Below the pieces are notes generated by a model. That model had not been told where the DNA came from. It ran no database searches and worked only from the letters and a program-made list of their open reading frames with translations. From assembly GCA_030390025.1 (NCBI GenBank), contig CM059432.1:75828001-75892000 (forward strand): a stretch of 64,000 nucleotides of DNA, read 5' to 3'. A program made the position numbers and the translations under genes. The stretch is from Squalus acanthias. Its lineage: Eukaryota. Below, one piece after another: positions 1 through 13,012 of the stretch (positions are counted from its first letter, which is position 1; each line of letters opens with the position of its first letter).

Positions 1-283
1 AGGACATTTAGGACTGAGATGAGGAGAAATTTCTTCACTCAGAGGGTGGTGAACCTGTGGAATTCTCTACCACAGAAGGCTGTGGAGGCCAAGTCACTGA
101 ATATATTTAAGAAGGAGATAGATAGATTGATTTCTAGTCACAAAAGGCATCAAGGGGTATGGGGAGAGAGTGGGAATATGGTATTGAGATAGAGGATCAG
201 CCATGATCATATTGAATGGCGGAGCAGGCTCGAGGGCCGAATGGCCTACTCCTGCTCCTATTTTTCTATGTTTCTAGGTTTCT
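1..283 (+). mobile_element. CR1-clade LINE 3' end (HER1-like)
   Basis: Encodes FRTEMRRNFFTQRVVNLWNSLP (CR1 ORF2 C-terminus), followed by the 3'UTR 'gatcagccatgatcatattgaatggcggagcaggctcg...ggcctactcctgctcct' and a ttctatg-type tail. Confidence 0.9.
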
Positions 284-1541
284 AAAGCTATAAAGCAGCC
301 TGACCTAGAGGAGCAGAGTGTGTGAACTGGGACTTAGGGCTGGAAAGGATTATAGTGGGAGGGAGGAGCAAGGCTATAGAATGATATGTAAAGTAGGGCA
401 AACATGAGAGAGATGGATATAAATTGTTTACTGATGATTGGAAAATGTTTCAGTTTAACTATTTCAGGACAGACTATAAGATTGGGAGAGAGAACGCCAT
501 GTATTGTCAGCTGGCGATAGGAACTGCCCTAGAGTGTCAGCCTCAGGAGCATTTGACGTTTCAGAATCCAGTCAAAGTGTGGTGCTGCTGATTGAAATTG
601 CCCTTCAGTAATGATCTCAGAGGTATATTTAAGGTTTGATGAGCTTTCCTTGGCTGTGTTTCATTTGCTTCAGATTAAGTAAAACTGGGGAGCATTGCTT
701 GATTATAAAGTAGACTGTGTGGTATTGATGTAACTTTTCTGACATTGGAAACATACTCCTGCGATGTAGTAACTAAAAAAAAATCCAAAAGGGAGAACAG
801 AAAATGCTAAAAATGAACAGCAGGTTGGTTAGCATCTGAAATATAAAGATAGATTAATATTTTGGGTTTGACCCATCATCAGAATTGGCGCATTCAGTCT
901 GCATGAGCCCTTTTATAGACTGATGAGGGCAAGTTTGGACATGGCCAAGAAAGCAAGTTCACAACTACTATGTGCTTCTAATTAGAAAAATTGAATTTCA
1001 TCGCTATTAAAAGCTACAAAAAAATACAGATCGGGATCTTCAAAACACAGCCTACAATCTGGGGCTTGAGCAGATAATGTTGCTCTCCTGTAGATTCCTC
1101 AACAAGCCAGGACCAAGTATATTATTACAGGGTTTAACTAGGTCCCATGGGTAAAAATTGCTTTTCTGTCAGTGTTAGTAATACAACTGTTCAATGTTCC
1201 ATGTATTAAATACAGTCAGAAGGTGGTGAGAGTGAAATAGAACACTGTTGTCAGGATGAATAGTTTTTAAATCAGATAGGTTGCTGAACATTGGCGAGTG
1301 AAATGGAGTTTGGTGAGTCTTGTGTTTGGGAAACAAAATGATAGAATGATGGATGACCACTGTGATAGTGTGTTTGAAACGGTGGATATTTCTGTTGCTA
1401 AACTAAAGTATACAATCCTTTTTATGATTCAGGATTTGAAATAGGAAGCAGTAATGTTGGGCAAGGTGTCTGATTTCAGTCAGATTAAGGACAATGAACA
1501 TAGAAAGGTGAGATAGAGAGAAAGAAACCAAAGCACATAAT

Positions 1542-2239
1542 GGGCTGGAAATTGCGGTCGGAGGCTTCCCGCGGGCAAATGCCTCCGAACCGCATGAAAA
1601 GTATGCAGCTACCTGGTGCCTCGCATCTTCGGACTCTTGCGGTCCTGGGCCTGCAGCTGTGCGTAAAGGCCCACGTATCCCAGGGAGCATGTGGTTTGCA
1701 AGCGTCCCTGGAATCACGTGGGCTGGCCCAACCAATCACAAAGGAGGATTCCCATTATGCTTATGGGGATTCCATTTACGTACAGAATCCCCATAAGCAT
1801 AATATTAATCCCCTAAAAAGTACATTTTAGCAACACTGAAATAAAAATAAATCCTCACGTTAAAAATGAATGAATTTTTTTTTTTTTAAATGGGTCAAAA
1901 ATAACCTAAAACTAATTTGAGGTTTTTGAATGTTTAAATTATTTTTAAAAATGTATTTTAATATTTATTTAAACCCTCATGCTGGTAAAAGTAGGCCTTA
2001 CGCCTGCTTTTACCAGCTATAAGAGTTTCGAGGGCATTCACTGAGCAGTAGTTGGGCAAATAGCCCAACTCTACGCCAGCGAATGTCCATTTCCTTCGGA
2101 TTCATACGATCTGTCAAGTGAAAATTTGACAGATCGCACTTTCTGGGATTTCACGCATGCGCATTGCATGTGGAAACCCAGAACTTACAGGGTACTTACG
2201 ACCTGCGTATGCGGTCATAGGCCCCAGAAAATCCGGGCC
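1542..2239. mobile_element. Non-autonomous Harbinger-type DNA transposon (MITE)
   Basis: Imperfect TIRs gggctggaaattg / gaaaatccgggcc; 3-bp TSD aat (1539-1541, 2240-2242); CpG-rich ends with AT-rich middle; shares motifs with 13013-13779. Confidence 0.7.
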
Positions 2240-2289
2240 AATGTATTTGTATGAAATTTCTTTCTATTATTACTAACGTAAAATTCCTA

Positions 2290-4200
2290 GGCCTAGAAAT
2301 TCATGCTCGCGACGAAAGTTGCTGGTGTCACCGGCAACTGGAGTTAACGACCGCTGAAATTGGCCGCAACGCGAAGGAGAATAAATTTGTCTGGGAGGCT
2401 GTAAGATTGGTGGCGCAGCGCTAACCTTCCATGCAACGCCCTCCTAGTGGCGTTAGTGGAGACCTCCGAGGTGAATTTGGCGTTTGAGCTTCGCACAGCC
2501 TCTGGGAGCGAGGCTGTGGAGCTCGCAAGGAATTATGGGCAATTCAAAGGACTATGAATTAAAGGGGCAATGTGTTCAGAACTAATACAAATTAAGATGC
2601 AGTGAAAAAATGCAGCTTTCAGTCCTTGCTGCCTTTCCAAACAAAAACATTAAAAAAGTCCCAAATGTAAATATTTAGCTCTTAAGGCTGAATTCCCTTC
2701 CGAACTTCAAAAATGGGAAAACTGCTTCAGCACTAACACAAATGGCTCAGCAAGCCAAGGAAGGGGCACCCAGGGTCTCACACGCAGCACTCCAGCTTTG
2801 TGCAGGGGGGTCAACATTGCAAGACTGGTCCCCTCCCCACAGGGACCAGGAGGCCCTCCAGAAAGAAGGCTGTGGGGCTACATCACCGAGGCCGTCACTG
2901 CCAGCAGTGTTGCCCCCACCACCTGGCTCCAGTGCCCAAAGAAGCTTCCTGACCTCAGACCAGTGGTCAAGGTCAGTGAATGCATCTTCAAAAGCCGACT
3001 CCTACCAACTGCACCACTAGCTTAACACACAGCTCACGACCCCCACCCCCAATCACTCACCAACCAACAATCTGCACCAATCACGAGGCACATCTCACAT
3101 TCCTAGCCTCACCTCACCCCCTTGGAGCAGACGGTGCTGGCCATTCTTGGCAGGGGCATGGCTGAGCCCTTGGCCAGCGGCAGGGCTGAAAGATGCTGGT
3201 ATCCTCACACATTATCCTCCTTCTCGCATGCACCTCTTGCTTTCCCACCCTCCCCACAACTCCACCCTTGTGCCTTCCTCATTTCACACACCCAACAAAT
3301 GCAGCCTGCCCAGCCAGGGGTTGGGGTTGGAAGAGAAGAAGAAACATCATCACTCAATTTGACACTCCCAGCCACCAGCTCCTCAAGGTCGACCAACAAG
3401 GCCATCTGCAGTGTCCCCCACTGAAAGTCAGCAGCCTTCCACCAGCCATGCTGCAGCCACTGGGGTAGCACTGTGTGACGTCAGTAGGATAGTCAAAGGC
3501 AGACACAAGACAGTTACTAAGAGAATATATAAGGGTGATGAGTTGATTTCTTGATGTCATATTGGATGAATAGATGTATAAAGTTAGATTGGAAAGTTTG
3601 CTTTGTGGTGGCTTTTATTTCAGCATTGTGGCCAAGAGGACACTGTGATGGTCAGTAACAGAGGGAAGGTAAGGTGTGGGACAAATGTTGAAAGGGGAAT
3701 TGGGGTTGTGGTCACTGGTACCGCAGGCGGATGATTCCATCCCGGATATCCCAGCCAGAAAGGGGCTGTCTGGATTGCATCCTTCCTTCTGCTTCCTCCT
3801 CTTTGGCATCTTCCTCTTCTGTGTCTTCCTCTTCCCTCTGCAAGCAGATGCTGTAAATCTGATATGACAGCTTAAAATGCTGGAAATACTCAGCTGGTCA
3901 GACAGCATCTCGACTTGAGACGTGAACTCTGTTTCTTTCTCCACCGGATGTTGCCTAACCTGCTGAGTATTTGCAGCATTTTCTGTCTTCTCAGAGGTCT
4001 TCCTTTACCATCCGAGGCCTTTCAAGTGTCCAGAAGCACTCCCTACATACTTAAAAAACTTTTAACATCTATTGCAGCAAGCCACTACTTCAATAAAATC
4101 AAAAAACCCAGTCCAAAAGCTTGAATCCAAACTTACCTGAAAGATGTGTGTGTCCCTTTAAGAGGTGCTGAAATCACCACTGTCAGCCTGCTTGCACACC
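2290..4200 (+). mobile_element. Degenerate, internally deleted PIF/Harbinger element (Myb-like gene remnant on +, transposase scraps on -)
   Basis: TIR-like ggcctagaaattc at 2290; MAQQAKEGAPRVSHAAL...TWLQC.KK Myb/SANT exon remnant at 2742-2970; 3423-3476 nearly matches 32875-32926 of the fuller element. Right boundary uncertain. Confidence 0.6.
3877..3983. mobile_element. Penelope-like terminal fragment in inverted arrangement
   Basis: aaaatgctggaaatactcagctggtcagacagcatc faces its inverted copy gatgttgcctaacctgctgagtatttgcagcatttt; same sequence as the PLE 3' ends at ~23960-24050 and ~57280-57370. Confidence 0.65.
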
Positions 4201-4509
4201 AGGGTAACCACAGTTCGTGAAGGTGGTCCAGGATTTTGACCCAGCGATGATGAAGGAACGACAATATATCTCCAGGTCAGGATGGTGTGTGACTTAGGGT
4301 GGATCTTGGAGGTGATGGACTATTAACGATATGGTGACGCCATGGTTCCCAAGGAAGCAAAAGAAAAAGCAACTGGTGTGTTACCTTGCTTACCCTTGTC
4401 AGGTCATTGAACTTTTTGCAGCACTGCTCTGCAGTTTCTGGGGGTTGAGAGAGGTGGTACTCAGTGCCACTGCACCTCCTTCTAAGTGGCATGCCAGACA
4501 GTATTCTGA

Positions 4510-4705
4510 GCTTACAACAGAAAATGCTGGAAACACTCAGCAGGCCAGGCAGCATCCGTGGAGAGAGAAACAGGGTTATCGTTTCAGGTCGATGACCCTT
4601 TGTCAGAACTGGAAAAAGTTAGAGATGTAACAGGTTTTAAGCAGGTGCAGAGAAATGCCCACCTTGAAGAAGTTCTGCTTCCAGCATCCGCAATATTTTG
4701 CTATT
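4510..4705 (-). mobile_element. Penelope-like 3' end with degenerate hammerhead motif
   Basis: Matches the PLE end at 57280-57450; the minus strand reads agttCTGACAA-a-gggtc-atc-gacct-GAAA-cg-AT, with core positions mutated. Confidence 0.7.
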
Positions 4706-6606
4706 GTATTAGCATTCTGAGCTTTCCTGCCATGGTCATCCAGTGGTCTTTCTCTACTTTTCAGCATTTCATTCAGGAATGTCTAAAGTTTGGCCTCATT
4801 AAAATGTTGTGCTCCTCTTCTCTGCCTCCTTCCAAGGCTGTGCTCCCTTCTTTGGGTGCCTCTGACCATTCCTCCACTTGTAGGCATGAGCCATCTATTG
4901 TAGCTACTGTACATTCGACACAGTCTCTCAAACAATGTCATATTTAACTGCTGCTCCCTCAGCCTGTTGCTGCATATCTTCACCCACTTTTGGCTTTTTA
5001 AGGGCTACAACTGACAATTTCCAAACTCTCCCAGCACAATACTCCTGTGTTACACAGCAGTTGAGCTCAGCCAACACCAATGAATATATAAATGAGCTGA
5101 GCTGACTCCACGATTTACAGCATGTGCTGCAGAGGATCGGCGGGTGGACATCCCAGCTCAGCTGAATTTTGGGTCCAAGATTTTACAACTCTTGTGGCTC
5201 TTTAGGAGTAAAGTAAAATATAATGAAAGCATCTTACTAAAAAAGCAATCCAATGACACACTCTAATTTAAAATAAAATGCAGGCTTCAGGCACATCACA
5301 GATGTAGAGAGCAATTATCACAGTGTCAATTATACATGGTTTTGTCTATCATAAACTTGGAGTAAGAAATTCTTTGTATTTGAGCAACACTTTAGTAAAT
5401 GGTGCTGAGACGCTGCTGTAATACAGAACAGTTATGGTCCTCCAATAGACTCCTCAGTCTCTATATAGTGAAACCCCAGAAAGTAGCTGTGTTAAATTGT
5501 CCACATAAATTAGAGAATGTGCACAAGTACCGTACACTGAATACCTGGCTAACAGTACAGACTTAATTTGTCATTAAATTCATCCTAGCTAGACATTGTC
5601 ATTACCATATCTCCAATCAATTAATGTCAGGATGTCAACAGAGACTCCTTAAAATCAGTATAGCAGAACCTTGCATGAGGCAATAACCACCATGCTACAA
5701 ATTGCTAACTGACTAGCATGACAGCTGGACATGCTCATAAGAGCAAATCATTAATTAAAAATCATTTTGCTTCATTAAAATATTAAAATTTGAAACTAAT
5801 TTGTTTAATAAAATATTTCATTAACATATTACTTGTGTTTTAAAAGCTAAAACTCTTAAATTAGAATTTTTCTCACTACTAATCACAGTCCCAATATGAC
5901 AAATTCTCAACTCATCACAAATCACATTCTTTATTCAGATTTATTTAGAATTATTTCAACTCACAACATTTTAGCAGTAATCAGACATTACTATCAATAG
6001 GTTTTAAACAGAATATTGCACTGTCCAAACTCAGATCAAGAAACAGTTTGAAAATTAAATTAGTTGCACTCACACCATGGGCTTGATTTTGCCAGGCCCG
6101 AGGAGGCGGGTTTGGAGGCGTGAGTTGTCAAAATCGCAAAAAATGGTGGGCGGGTCTGATCCCGCCTCCATCCCGCCTCTGAGCAATTTTACCACATTCG
6201 TGGTTTCAGACCCTGTTTCCATTCCGCCTCCAAGTGGCGGGATAGGCCCTTAAGGCCCTTAACAACCAATTAATTGCCTCTATAATCCCATTTTGAGAGG
6301 CCTTTCTGATTTTAACACATTTCCACCATCCTGCACGTCTCCTCTGGAACACGCCAGTTAATCCTGGCGGCCTCACAAGTGGATTGTTTACCAGCAGCTG
6401 CAGCTCCACCATTAAAAAGGAGTTTTCACCAATGATCATTTGCAGGTGGCAGAACTTTGTTGTCTCAGGTCTGGGGGAACTTTTAGCAGGCCTACTCATT
6501 GTTGTGGAAGTTTGGAGCCTGAGACCCATCTCCAGTGTGACCTCCTGGGAAACCCCTCTCCCCACCTTGTCTGAGCGCTTCCTCAACTGAGGTATATACC
6601 AGAAGC

Positions 6607-6840
6607 ATGGAAACCATTTATTTCCTTTCCTCCTGGACATCAGATTCGGATCAAGACCAGCCGTGGCAGCAGCAGAACCCTGAACAACAGCACCATCAAC
6701 AGCAGGAGCAACAACAGGAGCGCCAAGCTGCTGCTCACCCATCTGAAGCTGCACAGGCCAGAAGGCGCCAGCACGCGACCACATTGCTGCCCGGATGCAA
6801 GGGACGCACTCGTTGGCCGATTTGCTTAGCCTGCACAATC
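6607..6840 (+). pseudogene. Probable N-terminal remnant of the Harbinger transposase
   Basis: METIYFLSSWTSDSDQD...QQQ...ARRR is a low-complexity N-terminus resembling those preceding the DDE domain in the other Harbinger copies here; no DDE domain follows. Confidence 0.45.
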
Positions 6841-7087
6841 AAACACTTTTGCCTCACACCTTCTTACCAGAGCATCGACAATGGACAAGAACCTGCAGAT
6901 TTCTATCACTCTGATCACCATACTGACAATTGCAAGTTGCCCTAAGCCCTCAATGTGGAAGTCCCATTTGCGAAATGACACAGGTCACAACTTCAACAGT
7001 TTGCCATCAAATCTGTTTATCATAACAATTCAAGGATGGCTTGTCAAAAATCAATACAACAGAACACCCAAGTGACTACCCTTGTGA

Positions 7088-9056
7088 CTACTTCTGCTTT
7101 ATCTTCCTCTTACACGTGCTCCTACGTGGTGCTTCCCCTGTGGCTTCAGCAGATGTGGAGGCCCCTTGCTCACTTTCTTGCTGCTTCTGTCTCGACACCT
7201 TTGGCGGCTGTCCTCTGGGGTTGCGAACCTGTGAGGGCTCAGCAACAGTCTGCTGCTCCTGCGGCTGTGCAGGGGCTGAGACGCCCATCTCAGTTGGGCG
7301 AGGACTCTGGTGGGGCTCTGACCGAGGGCTTTGCAGTAGCATGGTCGTGTGAGCGCTTGGAGAGGAGCCCCCACTTCCTTGTTGTCTCTCACCAGCATCC
7401 CTCTCATGGGTCAGTCCCACTTCAGAGCTAGCAAGTGGCTTGACAGCACCTTGCTGCACTTCAGGGGAGCCATGAGGACCCGTTTCTGCACTGGAAGTCC
7501 TACTCCAGAGGACTTCCATGAAGGTCTGGTTTCTATGCTCAATAGCTGACCATCGCTCCTCAAGAGATGTCAGTCTATTCTGAACAATGGCCATGTTTTC
7601 AATACCCTGGCGACTAAGCTCCTCCATGGCCGTAGCCATCCTCTCATCTACGGTTGCCAGCCTTACCACAGAGGTAGCCATCCTTTCCACGGAGGTAGAC
7701 ATCCTTTCCATGGTGATGCATTCATGCGCCAATGCCTCCACAAAGGCTATGCTCATGTTCGCAATGGACTCCTCCATTCGCTCCACACTCGCAGCGACCC
7801 GGGAGACAAAACCTGCCAGAGACTCCTGCACCTATTCCTGGAGTTCCAGCACCACTCTCCTTCTGGATGGACCTGGAGACACAGGGTCGACATGCAGCTG
7901 AGCCGAGCTGGGAGAGTCCTGCGCCCTCCAACAAGGACTCTCCACTGCTGTCCCTGTCTCCACCATCTGCTGATGCTCACTTGTGATCTGTGATACACCA
8001 GGTGACAACACTACTCTATCCCACGAAGGTCCAACCGAGGTGTGAGTGTCGGTGCTGGGTGCGCTGTATTCTGCTGACGCTGCGCCCTCAGAGGTTGCAG
8101 CTTCCTCTGAGGAGTCTTGAGGCTCAGGCTGCTCCTCCTGGACAGTGGGGATGGGGGCTCTCGATGGTCCTGTAGGGGAGTAAAGGAAAGAGTTAGAGAT
8201 GTGAGGTAAAGGTTGCATGCACATTGAATTGTGCAGATGATCATAAGTCAATCTGTTAGAGCATCAGAATCATTATCAGTCACTCATGCAATGTCAATGA
8301 GAGAGATGCAAAACTATTCTGTCACCAGCTTGCTGTGATGCGCCTGTCTGTCAGTCCCCCACTTGCAAATCGTCCTCCACTCCGGCGATCTCCAGGGCCG
8401 CCTCCTCCGAAGTGGTGAGCTGGGCTACTGAGGGTGGCCATCCTCCTGTCCTCGCTCTTTCCCTCTTATTGTGGACTATCTTTCCCTGCAATGAGGGACA
8501 CAAGTGGAGTTTGAGTGAGAATGAAGGAGTGAGTGTAGAGAATCTATAGCATAGATGCTTAGAAGGAGACAAAGGGCCCTCCCTGTGTGTTGTAAGTTGT
8601 TGTCATTGCATCACAGTGATAGGGAGTATGAGGGCTGCATGGTCGAATAGTTAAGTGAATGTAACCATAGAGAGAGAGAGAGAGAGAGAGGGAATGGGTA
8701 AGGGTGCAGGGATGTAAGGGTCAAGTGGGATGTGGAGGAAGAGGTTGGCAAAGCAGAGTGCTGGTGAGGAGAGGCAATGGGGATCAGATTGAGGCTGATG
8801 GGAATGTCATACTCACTTTTCCTGTGCGGAGAAGGTCATGAAACTTCTTCCTGCACTGCAGCCAGGTTCTGCTGCACATAGAAATTGCATTTATCTCTTG
8901 GGCCACTTGCAGCCACACAGCTTTAGTCTGCTGAGGAGGCTTTTTCCTCCCTGAGGAAGGGAAGAGCACCTCCTTATTTGCTCTTGCTCCCTCCACCAGA
9001 GCTTGGAGGGAGGCTTCATCGAATCCTGGAGCACACTTTGGTCTACTGGTGGACAT
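7088..9056 (-). pseudogene. Harbinger Myb/SANT-like DNA-binding protein gene, 3 exons (9056-8817, 8485-8326, 8169-7088), two in-frame stops
   Basis: Exon 1 (80 codons) ...W LQVAQEINAISMCSRTWLQCRKKFHDL ends at GTGAGT; exon 2 follows ttgcag (GKIVHNKRERARTGG); exon 3 follows cctacag. Phases 0 and 1 are consistent. Stops at 8353-8351 and 7834-7832; heptad-like VERMATS repeats in exon 3. Confidence 0.85.
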
Positions 9057-10142
9057 AATTGCTGAAGGAAGCGCTCAGAACAATGGGCATAAAGTTTAAA
9101 GGCTGAAAAAGAAGCAAGGCTGCTTGCAGGCCTTAAAGCCAACAGCATTGATGATGTCATCGGAGGCGACTTTCCGAATGAAAAGGCTCATTGGGCCAGG
9201 GGTTTCCACACGCTGGAAATCAAGTGCCCAATTAGGGCAAAATCGCACTTTTGTCCCACTTCTCATCGGAGTAGGGATCCTGACACGCCCCCAGCCCAAC
9301 CCCAATGGCAAAATTGAGCCCCATGCCTCCAATTGACCACCCTAAGTAGATAGGCCGGCCCTATAAATTAAGCCTGAATAAATGCATTGTTTGTTAGATC
9401 CATGATATAATTGCTGAGATTTCTGATAAACACAAAGACCTGTGGGGGAAGAGACGGGCCTAGAAATGAGTTCACGTCAGCAGGCCGGCACAAACTCAAT
9501 ATAGGGAACGGGTAGGCCTGAGGCTCACCCGATATTGGGCCTCGGGTCACATTTGTATCAGACTGGCGTGCTGCGGACACCTGAAATGTAATAAAAGGGT
9601 TAGCCACATGCTTTTAGTTTCCCTTTAAAGCACTTACTTTATTATGTTATATGTCATTCACACAGAAGCTAAATCCTAGCGATTTGGTAGCTTCCAGCAT
9701 GGGCCGCACATCTCATACCAACGGCCGGGGGGGTAATTTCAACCACCAAACGGGGGTGGGTTTGGACCAGGTGGGGAGTTAAAATTAAAAAATTTCAAAC
9801 CTGAACCGAATCTGCCTCAAACCTGCCCACTTCCAGTTTTAATGGAGACGGGACGGGATGGGATGGGACAGGACAGGAAGGATGACCAATCTGCTCTCAG
9901 GAGGCGGGTCACTCATTGAAAGCTTTTAAGGTGACTGCATGCCTCCATTTTAACAAGCTTTCTATTTTTAACTAATGTTGGCCGGATTTCCCAGGCGATA
10001 AGGTAAGTACCTTTACAGCACTGTTTGTGGGCTAGGAGGAGCAGGAGTGTTTCCTCTCGGCCCAACAATCTACCCTGTAAAACCCCCAGTCCCTGGCGAT
10101 CTGTCCGACCCCCTTCCTCCATGTTCCCCATGGTGGACACCC

Positions 10143-11320
10143 CACCCCTGATCTCCCCCCCACCCGGATCTCCTCCCCGCTCCCCCCCACCCGGATCTCC
10201 TCCCCGCTCCCCCCCACCCGGATCTCCTCCCCGCTCCCCCCCACCCCTGATCTCCTCCCCGCTCCCCCCCACCCCTGATCTCCTCCCCGCTCCCCCCCAC
10301 CCCTGATCTCCTCCCCGCTCCCCCCCACCCCTGATCTCCTCCCCGCTCCCCCCCACCCCTGATCTCCTCCCCGCTCCCCCCCACCCCTGATCTCCTCCCC
10401 GCTCCCCCCCACCCCTGATCTCCTCCCCGCTCCCCCCCACCCCTGATCTCCTCCCCGCTCCCCCCCACCCCTGATCTCCTCCCCGCTCCCCCCCACCCCT
10501 GATCTCCTCCCCGCTCCCCCCCACCCCGGATCTCCTCCCCGCTCCCCCCCACCCGGATCTCCTCCCCGCTCCCCACCACCCGGATCTCCTCCCCGCTCCC
10601 CCCCACCCGATCTCCTCCCCGCTCCCCCCCACCCGGATCTCCTCCCCGCTCCCCCCCACCCGGATCTCCTCCCCGCTCCCCCCCCACCCGGATCTCCTCC
10701 CCGCTCCCCCCCACCCGGATCTCCTCCCCGCTCCCCCCCACCCGATCTCCTCCCCGCTCCCCCCCACCCGGATCTCCTCCCCGCTCCCCCCCACCCGATC
10801 TCCTCCCCGCTCCCCCCCACCCGGATCTCCTCCCCGCTCCCCCCCACCCGGATCTCCTCCCCGCTCCCCCCCACCCGGATCTCCTCCCCGCTCCCCCCCC
10901 ACCCGGATCTCCTCCCCGCTCCCCCCCACCCGGATCTCCTCCCCGCTCCCCCCCACCCGGATCTCCTCCCCGCTCCCCCCCACCCGGATCTCCTCCCCGC
11001 TCCCCCCCACCCGGGATCTCCTCCCCGCTGCCCCCCACCGGATCTCCTTCCCGCTCCCCCCCACCGGATCTCATCCCCGCTCCCCCCCCCCCCCGGCGAT
11101 CTCCTCCCCGCTCCCCCCCCCCCCCCGGCGATCTCCTCCCCGCTCCCCCCCCCCCCGGCGATCTCCTCCCCGCCCCCCCCGGCGATCTCCTCCCCGCTCC
11201 CCCCCCCCCTGCGATCTCCTCCCCGCTCCCCCCCCCCCCCCGCGATCTCCTCCCCGCGCCCCCCCCACCGGATCTCCTCCCCGCTCCCCCCCCCCACCCC
11301 CCGGATCTCCCCCCCCCGAT
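10143..11320. repeat. C/G-rich minisatellite, ~26-28 bp unit (gatctcctccccgctcccccccacccg)
   Basis: Roughly 40 tandem units visible directly; lies inside a Harbinger-like MITE remnant starting near 9726 (ggggggtaatttc). Confidence 0.95.
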
Positions 11321-11662
11321 CTCGTCCTCTGCGGCCACTATCTCACACCCAGTGACTACACTCTACCCTACCACGACCACCATCTTGCCCCAACCACGCT
11401 TTACCCCTTAACGACTACGCATTACCCCCCGCGAACATCATCTTGCCCCACCTGACCACGCTGTACCACCCCCCCCCCCCCCACACAATCTCTCTCCCTC
11501 CCCCCCCACCCAACCATTAGACCTACCTGCTCTTCCGGTGCGTCCTTCTGCTGCAGGTTTTCCTTCCCAATAGGCAGCCAGACTGTCAATCAAGCTGGCT
11601 GTAAGGCGTGAAACCTGAAAAAAAAATCCAATTGTAGGATGTTCGGAAAACCCGTACTTCCG

Positions 11663-12447
11663 GATAAGAAGAATAGAAAAACAGAATATTTTTTAAATGG
11701 TGAGAAACAATTAAATGTTAGTGTTCAGAGAGATTTAGGTGTCCTCGTACAGGAAACACAGAAACTTAGTATGCAGGTACAGCAAGCAATTAGGAAGGCA
11801 AATGACATGTTGTCCTTTATTGCAAGGAGGTTGGAGTATAAGAGTAAGGAAGTCTTACTACAATTGTACAGGGCTTTGGCGAGACCACACCTGGAGTACT
11901 GTGCACAGTTTTGGTCTCCTTATCTGAGAAAGGACATACTTGCCTTGGAGGCGGTGCAACAAAGGTTCACTAGATTGATTCCTGGGATGGGAGGGTTGTC
12001 CTGTGAAGAGAGATTGAGTAGATTGGGCCTATACTCTCTGGAGTTTAGAAGAATGAGAGGAGATCTCATTGAAACATACAAGATTCTGAGGGGGATTGAC
12101 AGGGTAGATGCTGAGAGGTTGTTTCCCCTGGCTGGAGAGTCTACAACTAAGGGGCATAATCTCAGGATAAGGGGTCGGTCATTTAGTACTGAGTTGAGGA
12201 GGAATTTCTTCACTCAGAGGGTTGTGAATCTTTGGAATTCTCTACCCCAAAGGGCTGTGGATGCTGAATCGTTGAATATGTTCAAGGCTGAGATCAAAAG
12301 ATTTTTGCACTCTAAGGGAATCAGGGATTGGGGGATCAGGCAGGAAAGTGAAGTTGAGGTCAAAGATCAGCCATGATCTTATTGAATGGCGGAGCAGGCT
12401 CGAAGGGCCGTATGGTCTACGCCTGCTCTTAATTCTTATGTTCTTAT
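11663..12447 (+). mobile_element. 5'-truncated CR1 LINE (ORF2 C-terminus + 3'UTR)
   Basis: ORF 11639-12376: QRDLGV...LYRALARPHLEYCAQFWSP...RRMRGDLIETYKI...FFTQRVVNLWNSLP; tail ttcttatgttctta. Confidence 0.95.
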
Positions 12448-13012
12448 TAGCCTTTTACCATTACCTTGCCCATTACTCCTCACCCTTCCTGCAGCTTGAA
12501 TAATTGCAATAGAGAAAATAGAAGTTGACCAGATAAATATTAAATAAGTGTCTTTTAGTAGGAAAAAGACTTATGACTAGAATTTCTGTAGGGGTTCTCC
12601 CAATCTCCCACTGTAATTTTGGCAGAAAATAAGTGAAAACCCTGGAGAAACGGCGTAAACAGCCATTGAAATTATAGCGAGTGATCGAAAGCCCCTTCCC
12701 CTCCCAGACCCCCCTCGCCATGGAAATTCTACCCAATGGAATTTTTTTGAACATTATATGGGTGTAAGCTTCTTTGGAAAAGGGGAACGAGACTAAGACT
12801 TTTATTAAGTATAAGAGTGAGATAACAATACAAATCAATTTAAATAAACCACTGTAAAATACCGTATAGGTGCATACAGAAGAAAAATTCCTGTTTAGAA
12901 ATTGTCGATTTCCAAATATTACTTATTGTATGTCCCCATGACTAATGTCAAAGAAGGATCAGTATCTCCCTGTGACCAATATTAAACAAAAGCTGCTAGG
13001 CTGCCAGATTTT

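Larger units (their letters stand above)
6079..9321. mobile_element. PIF/Harbinger transposon, internally deleted (Myb gene retained, transposase largely lost)
   Basis: TIRs gggcttgattttgcca / tggcaaaattgagccc; 3-bp TSD cat (6076-6078, 9322-9324); convergent Myb gene and transposase N-terminus. Confidence 0.85.

Noticed and set aside
6206..6838. 210-aa minus-strand ORF
   Set aside because: Antisense to the Harbinger transposase remnant and subterminal region; no domain similarity
10143..11320. CRISPR-like repeat array
   Set aside because: Tandem units without unique spacers, in vertebrate DNA, with no cas genes
9913..11338. Three long Gly/Arg-rich ORFs (383-422 aa)
   Set aside because: By-products of a stop-free minisatellite that is open in all three minus frames; no gene evidence
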